NCBI GenBank assembly: GCA_934747805.1
Contig: CAKVHC010000005.1
Location: 668 to 64,667, forward strand
Direction: 5' to 3'
From: an uncultured Clostridia bacterium
Lineage (GTDB): Bacteria; Bacillota; Clostridia; Christensenellales; UBA1242
DNA length: 64,000 nucleotides
Shown here: one piece after another, positions 15,877 to 25,146 of the stretch
Layout: every line of letters begins with the position of its first letter
Position numbering within the stretch: position 1 is the stretch's first letter
The notes under the pieces: model-generated
Databases searched by the model: none
The model's input: the letters and a program-made list of their open reading frames with translations, nothing else
Told to the model about the DNA's origin: nothing
Made by a program: the position numbers and the translations under genes

Positions 15877-18729
15877 ATGGGATTAATGTTGATCGGATTG
15901 TCGAGTTTGCTGGAAATAGATATTTTTCCGTTTCTATTCGAAGCACTGACAAAACCATTATTCCAGATCATTTCGGTTTTTGAAGGGATATTCAAGGGTC
16001 TGGCAGGCATTGTTGACCCTGTATCTTCGGACATCGGATTGGTGGAGAATGCTGCAGGCAGTAAAAATATCATAGTTCAATTGTTTCAAAGCAAAACTAT
16101 GCAGAGCATTTTGACCTCGCTCATGCTATTCGGCATTGTCGTGCTCGTGCTGTCGGTAATTTTGGCAATTATACGTAACGTATACAAAGATGATTCCAAA
16201 GTCACCATTTCTTCAATCATCGGTCAAGCCATAAAGGCTGTGATAGGTTTCATTCTCGTGCCTTCACTTTGCCTTGTTGGTGTAATGTTGAGCAACGTGA
16301 TCCTTGTGGCAGTCGACGGAGCAACCAACGCTCGTGGCACACCGTCATTCGCCGCAGGCATATATTCTGCGTGTCAAAAGGAAGATCCTGTTCAAAACGT
16401 ATTTAATGATGTAATTTATAGTGCTCCTGTAGATTATTTTGGCAACATTAATCAATCTAGCAGTGGCGACTCATCTAGTGGAGAGAGTACTGGCTCTGAA
16501 GAGTCAGGCAGTACGACGACCGACGATACTTCTGTATACGATTTTCACATCGCAGGAATAATTTATGCACAATATCTGTGGCAAGCACTCACTGAAGATT
16601 GTATATATGGCGGACAATTAGTTTGGGTATACAGAACAGACTCACTGGGTCAATATTTAACTGATGTCAAATATGTCGATGTGTTGGGTTTGAAAGTAGA
16701 AGATGATGATCTTTTAGACTTCACCGATATGAACAATTGGGACAATGGTAATGGCATTGCCGGAGTGATAGATACGAAAGAAGATGTCGCACTATTCTAC
16801 GAAATGCTTAAAAACCAATACACAGCGAATTTCCCAAATGCAGAAAAATTGGTTATTAAGGCCATTGCAGGCAACGCTATCGGTAAGAAGTATCCGAAGT
16901 GTAAGATAGCTCTTTCTAGCAAAACAGGTACCACCACAAAAAACTATTTTTGTGCAGGTAGCGATAAATATGATTTAAAAGAACAATCATTTGTGTATTA
17001 CTATTATGGCAAAGCCTTATTCGATTATAATGGTGATTATGGTGAAGTTCAACAAGATGAAAAATACCTTAAAGAAGCGTATGTTGCATTTGAAAAAAGC
17101 AAGACTTTTGGTGCAACCAGTTGGTACTTTCAGAAAAATTCTTCGCAATGGACAAATGACAACTTAAACAAAACATTGTGTTTGGGTGACAATATTAACT
17201 ATTTCTTTGCATTCGTGGCTAGCATAATGGTGGCAAAATCATTGTTCGTGCTGTGCTTTGGTATGGCGAAACGTATTGTTCAGCTCGCATTGTATTATGT
17301 TCTCTCGCCAATAGCATTGGCACTTTATCCATTCGATAATGGTAAAGCGTTCGGCAGTTGGAAGAGTGACTTCGTTGGCTACACTGTAGGTGCATTTGGT
17401 GCTGTGGCTGGTGTAAACTTAACCATTCAACTCATGCCAGTAGTCAACAGAATTCAAATTTTCTCTTCAAGAATATATAACGACGTAACACAATTAATTC
17501 TCTACATCATTCTTGCACAAGGCATGGAAAGTCTGGTCAAGACCCTAAGCGGCTGGATTGGCGGCAAAGACCTATTCGCCGAAGGCAAGGCAACTTCACA
17601 AACAGCAACTGCTCCTATCAAGAAGGTCGCTGGCTCAGTAATGAAAGTGGCTGGCACGGTAATTGGTACTGGTGTCGGTGTTGCAATAGGCGCATCTGCT
17701 GCTAGAAAGAATAAAGGAACGCTCAAAACATTAACAGATAAAATGGGCGGCACTGCAGAGGAAAAATTAGAAGCAGAAGAAACGGCAAAGGCAGCTGGAT
17801 ATTCAAGTGCATCTGCGTATAAAGCCGACTTAGAGAAGAATTCGTCAAATGGTAAAGCGTGGTATTTAGGTGGTGGACTTGGTACAGCATTGAAGAATAC
17901 AGTAAAAACTAAAGCTAATCAGATTGGCGATTTTGCTACTAACAAATTTGCTAGCACTCAATTTGGTATGGCGTTCGATAAAGAAACAGGCCTATCAAAA
18001 CTGATTTCGAAGAGTGCAGCTCAGGATGCGTCTGCAAAGGTTAAGACAGACTTAGAAGCCAAACTTGATACAGACTTTAAGAATGGCATTGTAACTGCAA
18101 AAATGTCTGCAGACTTAACCAAAGCATTGGAGGATATCAAAGCATCGCTGGATAAAAATTCTAGTACGAGTGCTGCTAGTATGAATGCGACTGCAGTTGA
18201 GGCCTTTGCTGGACAGTTGGCAGGCATAAAAGGGCTTACTACTGATAACGCAGAAGAATTTATCAGAACAGGCAATATGTCACTAATTAGTAGTTTGAGC
18301 GGTAAAGCACAGCAAATGGCAATACAAACACGCTCCAACTATCTAGCGTCTGACGAGTATCAAGATTATGCTCGGAATTTACGTGCGGCAAGGTCATATG
18401 GACTTACTGAAGCTGATCTCAATGATGCAGGCTTTAAAGCAGAAAATGTCGTTAATACTATTATGAGCTCAATTACAAATAATTTGGATTATGCTAAATT
18501 TAGAACCGCACAGCAAACGGGCAACGAACAAGAGATGTATCGCATGATGGCTGCTAGTGTTGCTGCAACAACCAATATTTCACATAGTATGATTGATCAA
18601 TTGACGAAGGGTGTTGCTTCAATTACAACTTCTGCAGTCGATGCAATTAAAAAGACACAAACTGAAACACAGACTAAAGTGCAACAGCAAACTGAAAATC
18701 GTTGGAAAGGTTCAGCACCTAAAAAATAA
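15877..18729 (+). CDS. VirB6/TrbL/TcpH-like polytopic T4SS membrane protein with a large extracytoplasmic loop and a long Ala/Lys/Thr-rich C-terminal tail
   Basis: AAAGGAG RBS. About 8 hydrophobic helices in two blocks (aa ~75-145 and ~455-645) are separated by a ~300-aa soluble loop. The C-terminal ~300 aa are low-complexity and coiled-coil-like. Assignment rests on position between pilin and VirB4 genes, with no motif-level proof. Confidence 0.55.
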   Translation: MGLMLIGLSSLLEIDIFPFLFEALTKPLFQIISVFEGIFKGLAGIVDPVSSDIGLVENAAGSKNIIVQLFQSKTMQSILTSLMLFGIVVLVLSVILAIIRNVYKDDSKVTISSIIGQAIKAVIGFILVPSLCLVGVMLSNVILVAVDGATNARGTPSFAAGIYSACQKEDPVQNVFNDVIYSAPVDYFGNINQSSSGDSSSGESTGSEESGSTTTDDTSVYDFHIAGIIYAQYLWQALTEDCIYGGQLVWVYRTDSLGQYLTDVKYVDVLGLKVEDDDLLDFTDMNNWDNGNGIAGVIDTKEDVALFYEMLKNQYTANFPNAEKLVIKAIAGNAIGKKYPKCKIALSSKTGTTTKNYFCAGSDKYDLKEQSFVYYYYGKALFDYNGDYGEVQQDEKYLKEAYVAFEKSKTFGATSWYFQKNSSQWTNDNLNKTLCLGDNINYFFAFVASIMVAKSLFVLCFGMAKRIVQLALYYVLSPIALALYPFDNGKAFGSWKSDFVGYTVGAFGAVAGVNLTIQLMPVVNRIQIFSSRIYNDVTQLILYIILAQGMESLVKTLSGWIGGKDLFAEGKATSQTATAPIKKVAGSVMKVAGTVIGTGVGVAIGASAARKNKGTLKTLTDKMGGTAEEKLEAEETAKAAGYSSASAYKADLEKNSSNGKAWYLGGGLGTALKNTVKTKANQIGDFATNKFASTQFGMAFDKETGLSKLISKSAAQDASAKVKTDLEAKLDTDFKNGIVTAKMSADLTKALEDIKASLDKNSSTSAASMNATAVEAFAGQLAGIKGLTTDNAEEFIRTGNMSLISSLSGKAQQMAIQTRSNYLASDEYQDYARNLRAARSYGLTEADLNDAGFKAENVVNTIMSSITNNLDYAKFRTAQQTGNEQEMYRMMAASVAATTNISHSMIDQLTKGVASITTSAVDAIKKTQTETQTKVQQQTENRWKGSAPKK

Positions 18730-18744
18730 CTTTAAAGGAAAAAT

Positions 18745-21387
18745 ATGCAAAGATTTATTCCAGGTAAGACGAAGGTCAAAACTGAATTTTGGAAGGGCGT
18801 AACGATCAGTGATTTAATCACTGGTCTTATTGCTCTTGCGGGGGCAGGACTGATTCTTGCTGCCAACATATTTGACATGCGAACAAAAATCGTCGTTCTG
18901 CTATCTTGGCTTGGACTTATGGCGAGTATGTTTATCCCTGTCGATGAAGGATTGCGACTATATGGTTCGCTTGGACTTTTGTTCAGGTTTATGGCGTTCA
19001 AAAAGCGATATTCCACCGACCTTGAAAAAAAACATTATGCTCCGATGAGCGAACTGACTCCATTCTTGAACATCGAGTTGGGCAAGTATATCAACTACGG
19101 TGAATATCGTGGAATGGTGCTAGAAATTATGCCTCTCGAATTCGGACTGTTGAACGAAGACAAGCAAAATATGATGATCAACACATTCGCCAGCGGCTTG
19201 CGAAGACTGAGTGAATATCAGTCGGCGACCATTGTCAAACTCAAAAAGCCGATGGTGTTTGATAGTTACATGGCTCGTGATGACGAAAAGTTTGCCATTC
19301 TTAACCAGCAGTACGCTGAGGGTGAGTTCACCAAAGAAGAACTCGATGCACGTGGATTAATATTCGAAGAACGTGTAATGACTCTCGATCATGCCAATCG
19401 TCAAGACCCAATATTGCAAGACCATTTTTATATGGTGGTGTATGGCTCAGATAAAGATGCTCTCGAAAGCACAGTAGAAGGTATCAAAAACACTATTGGT
19501 TCAGGTCAAACACCTGTAAAAGCACATGTTTTGAAAGAAGTCGACCTTGTGTCATTCTTAAAATCTAACTACACAGAAAACTTTAACGAAAAAGAAATTG
19601 CTTCCGTTCCAGTTTCGCAATATATGAAATATGTCTTGCCAAAGACAGTGGAGTTTAAGGTGTCACGAACGGTTGTTGATGGCAATGGCTATCGCAACTT
19701 CGTTGTGTCACAATATCCGCTTGCCGTAGACAATGGTTGGGCGTATTCGTTATTCGCACTCGACAAGGCACGTGTGGTGATGAATTTCCACCCGATGCAG
19801 CGTGACAAAGCGGAAAAAATGATTGACCGTGCCATAATGGAAACGGAAACCAAACTGGAAAAAGCAGGCAAAAGCAGTAAGCAGATTGAATTGGAAACCC
19901 AATTGGAAACAATGCGTAGCTTGCTTGAAATGCTCAAAAACAACAACGAACAACTATTCAACGTCAACACTCACATTCAATGTAAAGAAGTGGCACGTAA
20001 GGAGATTAAGTCTATCCTACGTCAAAACGGCTTTAGGGTGGCAGAAATGTTCGGCCGTCAGGTCGATGCCTACATTTCAAACAGCATCAGCCGACTCGAC
20101 CTTGTCAAATCGTTTGAGCGTGGCATGCCAACAACCACTTTGGCGGCAGCATTCCCATTCGTGTCAAGTTCGATGCAGGATCCAACAGGTTTCTACATCG
20201 GCGACAACGAATATCCAGTATTCATTGACTTCTTCTCACGAAAAGAACGTATCAATAGTAACATGATGATTGTCGGTAAATCTGGTTCTGGTAAATCTTA
20301 CGCAACCAAGACGCTGCTTGCCAACCTTGCGGCCGACAAAACTAAAATATTCCTTCTCGACCCAGAAAAAGAATATGTGCCACTTGCACGCAATTTGCAT
20401 GGCAAAATTATTGACGTGGGCTCTTCCAGTCAAGGCATGATTAATCCATTCCAAATCATGTTCAGTTTGAAAGAAGATGATGACGAAGAAGAGGGCACGG
20501 ACGACTTCTCGACCCACTTGCAATTCTTGGAACAATTCTTCCGTGTGGTATTGGAAGGCATTTCCACCGATGCATTTGAGTTGTTGAATACGCTGGTAGT
20601 TGAACTCTACAAGAGCAAAGGCATTGACCAGCGAACAGACGTAACAAAACTGAAACAAACCGACTTCCCAATATTCGATGACCTATACGACCTTATCTGC
20701 AAGAAGCTCGCTAAAGAAAAGGACGAATATTTCAAACGAAACTACCAAATTTTGCAGACGTACGTACAAAAGTTTAGCACAGACGGACGTAACGCTAACC
20801 TTTGGAACGGTTACACGTCGCTCACCACGACAGAAAACTTTATTCTATTTAACTTCCGTACAATGTTCGCCAACCGAAACGAATCGCTTGCAAACGCACA
20901 AATGTTGTTGATATTTAAATATCTAAACAACGAAATCATTAAAAACCGTGACTACAACCTAAGCCACAACTTCAAGCGACAAGTTGTCGTTGCCGTCGAT
21001 GAAGCACACATGTTTATCGACCCTAAATTCCCAGTTGCACTTTCATTTATGGCGGAGATGGCAAAACGTATCCGTAAATATGAAGGTATGCAAATCATTA
21101 TTACACAAAACATCAAAGACTTCTTGGGCAGTGCGGACATCGTTCGTCAATCATCGGCGATTATCAACGCCAGCCAGTACAGTTTGATTTTCCAACTTGC
21201 GCCTAACGATATGAACGACTTGTTGCAACTTTATGCGTCCAGTGGTGGACTTACTAAAGAAGAACAAGACGGCATTGTCACGGCCGACAAAGGTGTCTGC
21301 TTCCTAATCACAGGCCCATTGTCACGTACATTTGTGCACATCGTTGCTCTGCCAACAGTTAGATATATGATTGGTGAAGCCAAATAA
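18745..21387 (+). CDS. virB4: VirB4/TraE/TrsE-family T4SS ATPase with a fused N-terminal VirB3/PrgI-like two-TM module
   Basis: Walker A MIVGKSGSGKSYATK, Walker B VVVAVDEAHMFID. The first ~90 aa (KTEFWKGVTISDLITGLIALAGAGLILAANIF...VLLSWLGLMASMFIPV) look like a VirB3/PrgI-like membrane hairpin. Confidence 0.85.
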   Translation: MQRFIPGKTKVKTEFWKGVTISDLITGLIALAGAGLILAANIFDMRTKIVVLLSWLGLMASMFIPVDEGLRLYGSLGLLFRFMAFKKRYSTDLEKKHYAPMSELTPFLNIELGKYINYGEYRGMVLEIMPLEFGLLNEDKQNMMINTFASGLRRLSEYQSATIVKLKKPMVFDSYMARDDEKFAILNQQYAEGEFTKEELDARGLIFEERVMTLDHANRQDPILQDHFYMVVYGSDKDALESTVEGIKNTIGSGQTPVKAHVLKEVDLVSFLKSNYTENFNEKEIASVPVSQYMKYVLPKTVEFKVSRTVVDGNGYRNFVVSQYPLAVDNGWAYSLFALDKARVVMNFHPMQRDKAEKMIDRAIMETETKLEKAGKSSKQIELETQLETMRSLLEMLKNNNEQLFNVNTHIQCKEVARKEIKSILRQNGFRVAEMFGRQVDAYISNSISRLDLVKSFERGMPTTTLAAAFPFVSSSMQDPTGFYIGDNEYPVFIDFFSRKERINSNMMIVGKSGSGKSYATKTLLANLAADKTKIFLLDPEKEYVPLARNLHGKIIDVGSSSQGMINPFQIMFSLKEDDDEEEGTDDFSTHLQFLEQFFRVVLEGISTDAFELLNTLVVELYKSKGIDQRTDVTKLKQTDFPIFDDLYDLICKKLAKEKDEYFKRNYQILQTYVQKFSTDGRNANLWNGYTSLTTTENFILFNFRTMFANRNESLANAQMLLIFKYLNNEIIKNRDYNLSHNFKRQVVVAVDEAHMFIDPKFPVALSFMAEMAKRIRKYEGMQIIITQNIKDFLGSADIVRQSSAIINASQYSLIFQLAPNDMNDLLQLYASSGGLTKEEQDGIVTADKGVCFLITGPLSRTFVHIVALPTVRYMIGEAK

Positions 21388-21412
21388 AAAGTAGCATTTG
21401 CTACTTTTTTTT
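21386..21412 (+). terminator. rho-independent terminator after virB4
   Basis: AAAAAGTAGC-ATTT-GCTACTTTTTTTT. Confidence 0.65.
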
Positions 21413-21512
21413 ATTCCATAACCGCAAGTGTATGCATACACCAATTTATAGGCATCGAAGCTTTTGTCGAATAAAAGCGAAATTTTTACGCACATTATTT
21501 GTAGGAGTTTTT

Positions 21513-22040
21513 ATGAATAGCGGAATGAAAAGGCGTGTGGACGAATTGGGCAGAATTGTTCTGCCACGAGAGATTAGAAAAAGTTATCGTATTGATACAG
21601 GTGCAAAGATGGAAATATACGTTAACGACGACGGCTGCATCGTATTAAAGAAAGCAACTGAATTGCCTGACCGCAAAGAATACGAACGTGTGGTGACAGC
21701 ATTGGCAAGTGCGATTGAAAACGACATACTTATCACCGACCGTGAGCAAGTGTTGGCATCGAACAAAAAACGTTTTGTTGACAAACACTTATCGGACGAA
21801 TCATACGAAATTGTGCGTAAGCAAGATAGTATATTAAAAAACCGCACTCAAGGTGCGATTATGATTAATGTTATTGAAAATGAAAAGTCCAATTATTCGA
21901 GCGAACTTTTTGTGCCTATCGTCCGTGACGGCGATAGCATTGGCTCGATAATCGTCCTTGCAGACGAGAACAAAACTTTGTCTACAGAGAACATAAAACT
22001 TTGCAAGGCGTTTGCATTAATGCTTTCGCTCGTGGATTAA
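21513..22040 (+). CDS. spoVT: stage V sporulation protein T (AbrB-type SpoVT domain + GAF-like C-terminal domain)
   Basis: AGGAG RBS before ATG 21513. MKRRVDELGRIVLPREIRKSYRIDTGAKMEIYVNDDGCIVLKK closely mirrors the B. subtilis SpoVT N-terminus. 175 aa. Confidence 0.75.
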   Translation: MNSGMKRRVDELGRIVLPREIRKSYRIDTGAKMEIYVNDDGCIVLKKATELPDRKEYERVVTALASAIENDILITDREQVLASNKKRFVDKHLSDESYEIVRKQDSILKNRTQGAIMINVIENEKSNYSSELFVPIVRDGDSIGSIIVLADENKTLSTENIKLCKAFALMLSLVD

Positions 22041-22970
22041 TTATTTCATCTTTTCGAGTGTGTCAAATGCTGAATAGATTTGATTGAGAGATGTGTACAG
22101 GCACATTTCTTTTTTTAGGGCGTTTGCGCCACGAATATCTCGGGTGTACCACATTAAATGCTTCTTAAAATACGGCACGACATATCTTTCATCAGGGTAA
22201 TACTCCAGCAGCAGTCGTAAATGCTCTTTTGCCACGTCTATTGGGTCAGGTGTAGGCAAGTTCTTAAGTCGATTAAAGATGAATGGTGCTCCCATGGTTG
22301 CTCTGCCAACCATAAAGCCGTCAGCGCCAGTTTGTTTGGCTCGCTCAAGGCTGGCTTCGTCCACAATGTCGCCAGATAATACAACAGGAATGTTCAGCAC
22401 ACTCTTTAGTGTTTTCACAGCAGAATAATCTGCCATGCCACTGTATCCTTGCTCTCGTGTGCGTGGATGCAAAGTTACAAAACTTACTCCACATTCTTCG
22501 CACATTTTGCCAAAATCTATAAAGTTTTCCACTCCGTCAATGCCGAGCCTAAACTTGACACTGACAGGCTTGCCACTGTTTCGTACGAGTGCCATAATGC
22601 ATGTACGTGCATGCTCAATATCTCGCATCATGGCAGAGCCGTCGCCATTATTGACAATCTTGGGTGCAGGGCAGCCGCAGTTGAAGTCGATAATATCAAA
22701 CTGCTGCACTTGTGGGTGAGTGCATGCTTTGATCAATGCATCTGGCTCATGCCCAAAGAGTTGCACGCAGCTAGGGTTCTCGTTTGGCAATGTGTGTAAC
22801 AAGTCAAGTGTTTTTTCATTGCCCATGGCGATTGCCTTGGCACTCACCATTTCTGTAACCGTCAAGTCAGCACCATATCTACGAGCGAGCGAACGAAATG
22901 CAAAATCTGTGACACCTGCCATTGGTGACAATATTAGCGGTTTTGACAAAAAGAATTGATTTATATCCAT
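22041..22970 (-). CDS. dusB: tRNA-dihydrouridine synthase (DusB-like)
   Basis: LSPMAGVTD, DINCGCP-like (DFNCGCPAPK), TLHPRTREQ motifs. The start is placed at ATG 22970 (alternative ATG 23009); neither has an SD sequence. Confidence 0.8.
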   Translation of the reverse strand: MDINQFFLSKPLILSPMAGVTDFAFRSLARRYGADLTVTEMVSAKAIAMGNEKTLDLLHTLPNENPSCVQLFGHEPDALIKACTHPQVQQFDIIDFNCGCPAPKIVNNGDGSAMMRDIEHARTCIMALVRNSGKPVSVKFRLGIDGVENFIDFGKMCEECGVSFVTLHPRTREQGYSGMADYSAVKTLKSVLNIPVVLSGDIVDEASLERAKQTGADGFMVGRATMGAPFIFNRLKNLPTPDPIDVAKEHLRLLLEYYPDERYVVPYFKKHLMWYTRDIRGANALKKEMCLYTSLNQIYSAFDTLEKMK

Positions 22971-23026
22971 ACGATTTATTATAGCATAATTTAAATAATT
23001 TTCAATCATCTTGTTAAACTATTTTT

Positions 23027-24550
23027 ATGAATAAAAAGTCTGTTTTGTATGGTGCAAGCATTCTAACCATCGGTTCGCTCATCACACGAATTTTGGGTGC
23101 ATTTTATCGCATTCCGCTAACACGAGTTTTGGGTGCTGTTGGCACTGGTATGTATCAAATGGTGTTTCCGATTTATGCACTATTTATCGTGCTGTCAACA
23201 TCTGGAATGCCGCTGGCGATTAGCAAATTGATTGCAAATTCAAATGCCAGCATTTATGACAAGAGAAAAATAATTAAAAAATTCCTTCTAGCCATACTTG
23301 CGTTGTCAATCGCACTTGCAATTGTGCTGTGTTCAACATGCACACTAATTTCACGTGCACAGGGTAACGTAAACTTGTACAAAAATTATCTAGTAATTTC
23401 TCCAGCCATAATCTTTGTAGGCATCATAAGCGTGCTGCGTGGATATTTTCAAGGTGAACAAAACTATAAACCGACTGCAATTAGCCAAATTGTCGAGCAA
23501 ATTGTAAAAATTGGCGTAGGTTTGACACTTGCGTTTAGTCTGAAAAAGTATGGCATCGAGTATGCCGTTTTGGGCGCAATAACAGGCGTCACTGCCAGCG
23601 AGATGGTCGCCTGCATTGTGCTTTTAGCACAATATAGGAAAAAGATGAGAGGCGTTACGTATTCGTCTGTTGTGACAAAAAGTGTGACTAGCGAACCAAT
23701 ATTAAAAACAATTCTTCCAATTCTCATCTATTCAGTGTTGATGCCATTGTCTAAAGTGATTGACAGTTTGGTGGTGGTGAATATTTTGAAACGAAATTTC
23801 ACTATAGAAATAGCAACGGCTATGTATGGCATTGAGTCAGGTGCCGTTAGTTCATTGATAAATTTGCCAATGGTTCTATCCTTTGCTTTGGCGTCGGCAA
23901 TACTGCCAAATTTGGCAAACATTAAGGACGACGAATTACGAAAGCCTGTTATTGCTCAAACTATCAAAATTAATATGATGATAATTCTGCCATGCACACT
24001 TGGATTGATAATATTTAGCAAACCAATTATCAGTTTGTTGTATGGGAGAAGCCTAAACCTTGTTTCTTTGCAAGGTGAGCGTTTGGCAGTCAGTATTTTA
24101 GCAATGACCGCTGTCGGAGTTTTTTACATGAGTTTTGTGCAAATTTTCAGTGCCATTTTGCAGGGCGTCGGTAGATCAAAACTTGCTGTAAGAAATCTCA
24201 TAATTGCATTGGTATTGAAATACATCGTTCAAACAGGTTTGTTATTCATTCCAAGCATCAATATTTATGGATTGGTTATTGGCAATCTGATTTGTTATAT
24301 CACCGTGTTTATGTTGAACGTTTACGCTGTTAAAGATTATTTGACGCTAACGAATAATGTTTTCAACAAACAATTTTTTTCCATACTTTTGTCGTTCGCA
24401 TTAGGTTATAGTTTTTATTATTTTATTAATAATATTTTCGGATTTATTATTGCAGTAATATTTATTGTATTTTCCTATTTTTTATCGCTTCAATTATTTG
24501 GCGAAATAAATATCAAAAATATGCGAAAATATAAAGTAAAAATCAAATAA
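23027..24550 (+). CDS. MOP-superfamily lipid II / polysaccharide flippase (SpoVB / YabM / MurJ-like)
   Basis: 507 aa, ~14 TM helices. N-terminal GASILTIGSLITRILGAFYRIPLTRVLG is typical of the family. It neighbours spoVT as yabM does in B. subtilis. Confidence 0.75.
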   Translation: MNKKSVLYGASILTIGSLITRILGAFYRIPLTRVLGAVGTGMYQMVFPIYALFIVLSTSGMPLAISKLIANSNASIYDKRKIIKKFLLAILALSIALAIVLCSTCTLISRAQGNVNLYKNYLVISPAIIFVGIISVLRGYFQGEQNYKPTAISQIVEQIVKIGVGLTLAFSLKKYGIEYAVLGAITGVTASEMVACIVLLAQYRKKMRGVTYSSVVTKSVTSEPILKTILPILIYSVLMPLSKVIDSLVVVNILKRNFTIEIATAMYGIESGAVSSLINLPMVLSFALASAILPNLANIKDDELRKPVIAQTIKINMMIILPCTLGLIIFSKPIISLLYGRSLNLVSLQGERLAVSILAMTAVGVFYMSFVQIFSAILQGVGRSKLAVRNLIIALVLKYIVQTGLLFIPSINIYGLVIGNLICYITVFMLNVYAVKDYLTLTNNVFNKQFFSILLSFALGYSFYYFINNIFGFIIAVIFIVFSYFLSLQLFGEINIKNMRKYKVKIK

Positions 24551-24681
24551 TTGCAAAAAATATAGATATTTATATGATTGTAAGTGATAATTAAATAAAA
24601 CTAATTAATTTTAATATGATAAAATAAATAAAAAATATATGATTATTTGTGATAAATTATTTACTACAAATTCATATATTT

Positions 24682-25143
24682 CTATTTTTTATTTCGTAAT
24701 TTTTTAAAGAACTTTTGCAGGCAATCTTTCACTTCTTTTTCATGAGTTTTAAGCTCAAATATTTCCACAGGTTTAGCAATTCGGTTGTCGTCACATATTT
24801 GATAGTTGGACAGGACGGCACCAAACTTTTCATCACGTGCACCAATAAAAAGTTTACTAAGTCGAGCAGAAATAATTGCACCTGCACACATAGGACATGG
24901 CTCAAGTGTAACATACATTTCGCATTCATCCAGTCGCCAACTTTTTAACTTCTTGCATGCCTTATTTATTGCAATGATTTCAGCGTGCAAAAGTGCGTTT
25001 TGTTTGCCTTCTTTTTTGTTGTGAGCTTTGGCAATCAATTTATCATTTTTAAATATGCAGGCGCCAACAGGAACTTCTAGTTTTCTGTTTGCTTTATACA
25101 TCTCATTAATGGCAATTTGCATTTTATCTTTTGTGGATAGCAT
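24682..25143 (-). CDS. tadA: tRNA adenosine(34) deaminase
   Basis: HAEIIAI and PCPMCAGAI zinc-binding deaminase motifs, 153 aa. Confidence 0.9.
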   Translation of the reverse strand: MLSTKDKMQIAINEMYKANRKLEVPVGACIFKNDKLIAKAHNKKEGKQNALLHAEIIAINKACKKLKSWRLDECEMYVTLEPCPMCAGAIISARLSKLFIGARDEKFGAVLSNYQICDDNRIAKPVEIFELKTHEKEVKDCLQKFFKKLRNKK

Positions 25144-25146
25144 GTT

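Larger units (their letters stand above)
12230..21387. other. type IV secretion-like gene cluster (VirD4, 2x pilin-like, VirB6-like, VirB3/B4)
   Basis: See the individual CDS entries. No relaxase or recombinase in the window. Confidence 0.7.

Noticed and set aside
24571-24663. Two imperfect ~20-nt direct repeats (TATATGATTGTAAGTGATAA and TATATGATTATTTGTGATAA) lie in the convergent murJ/tadA spacer.
   Set aside because: They sit in a 3'-3' intergenic region of almost pure A/T, where matches of this length are likely by chance. No associated ORF, hairpin or promoter is present.
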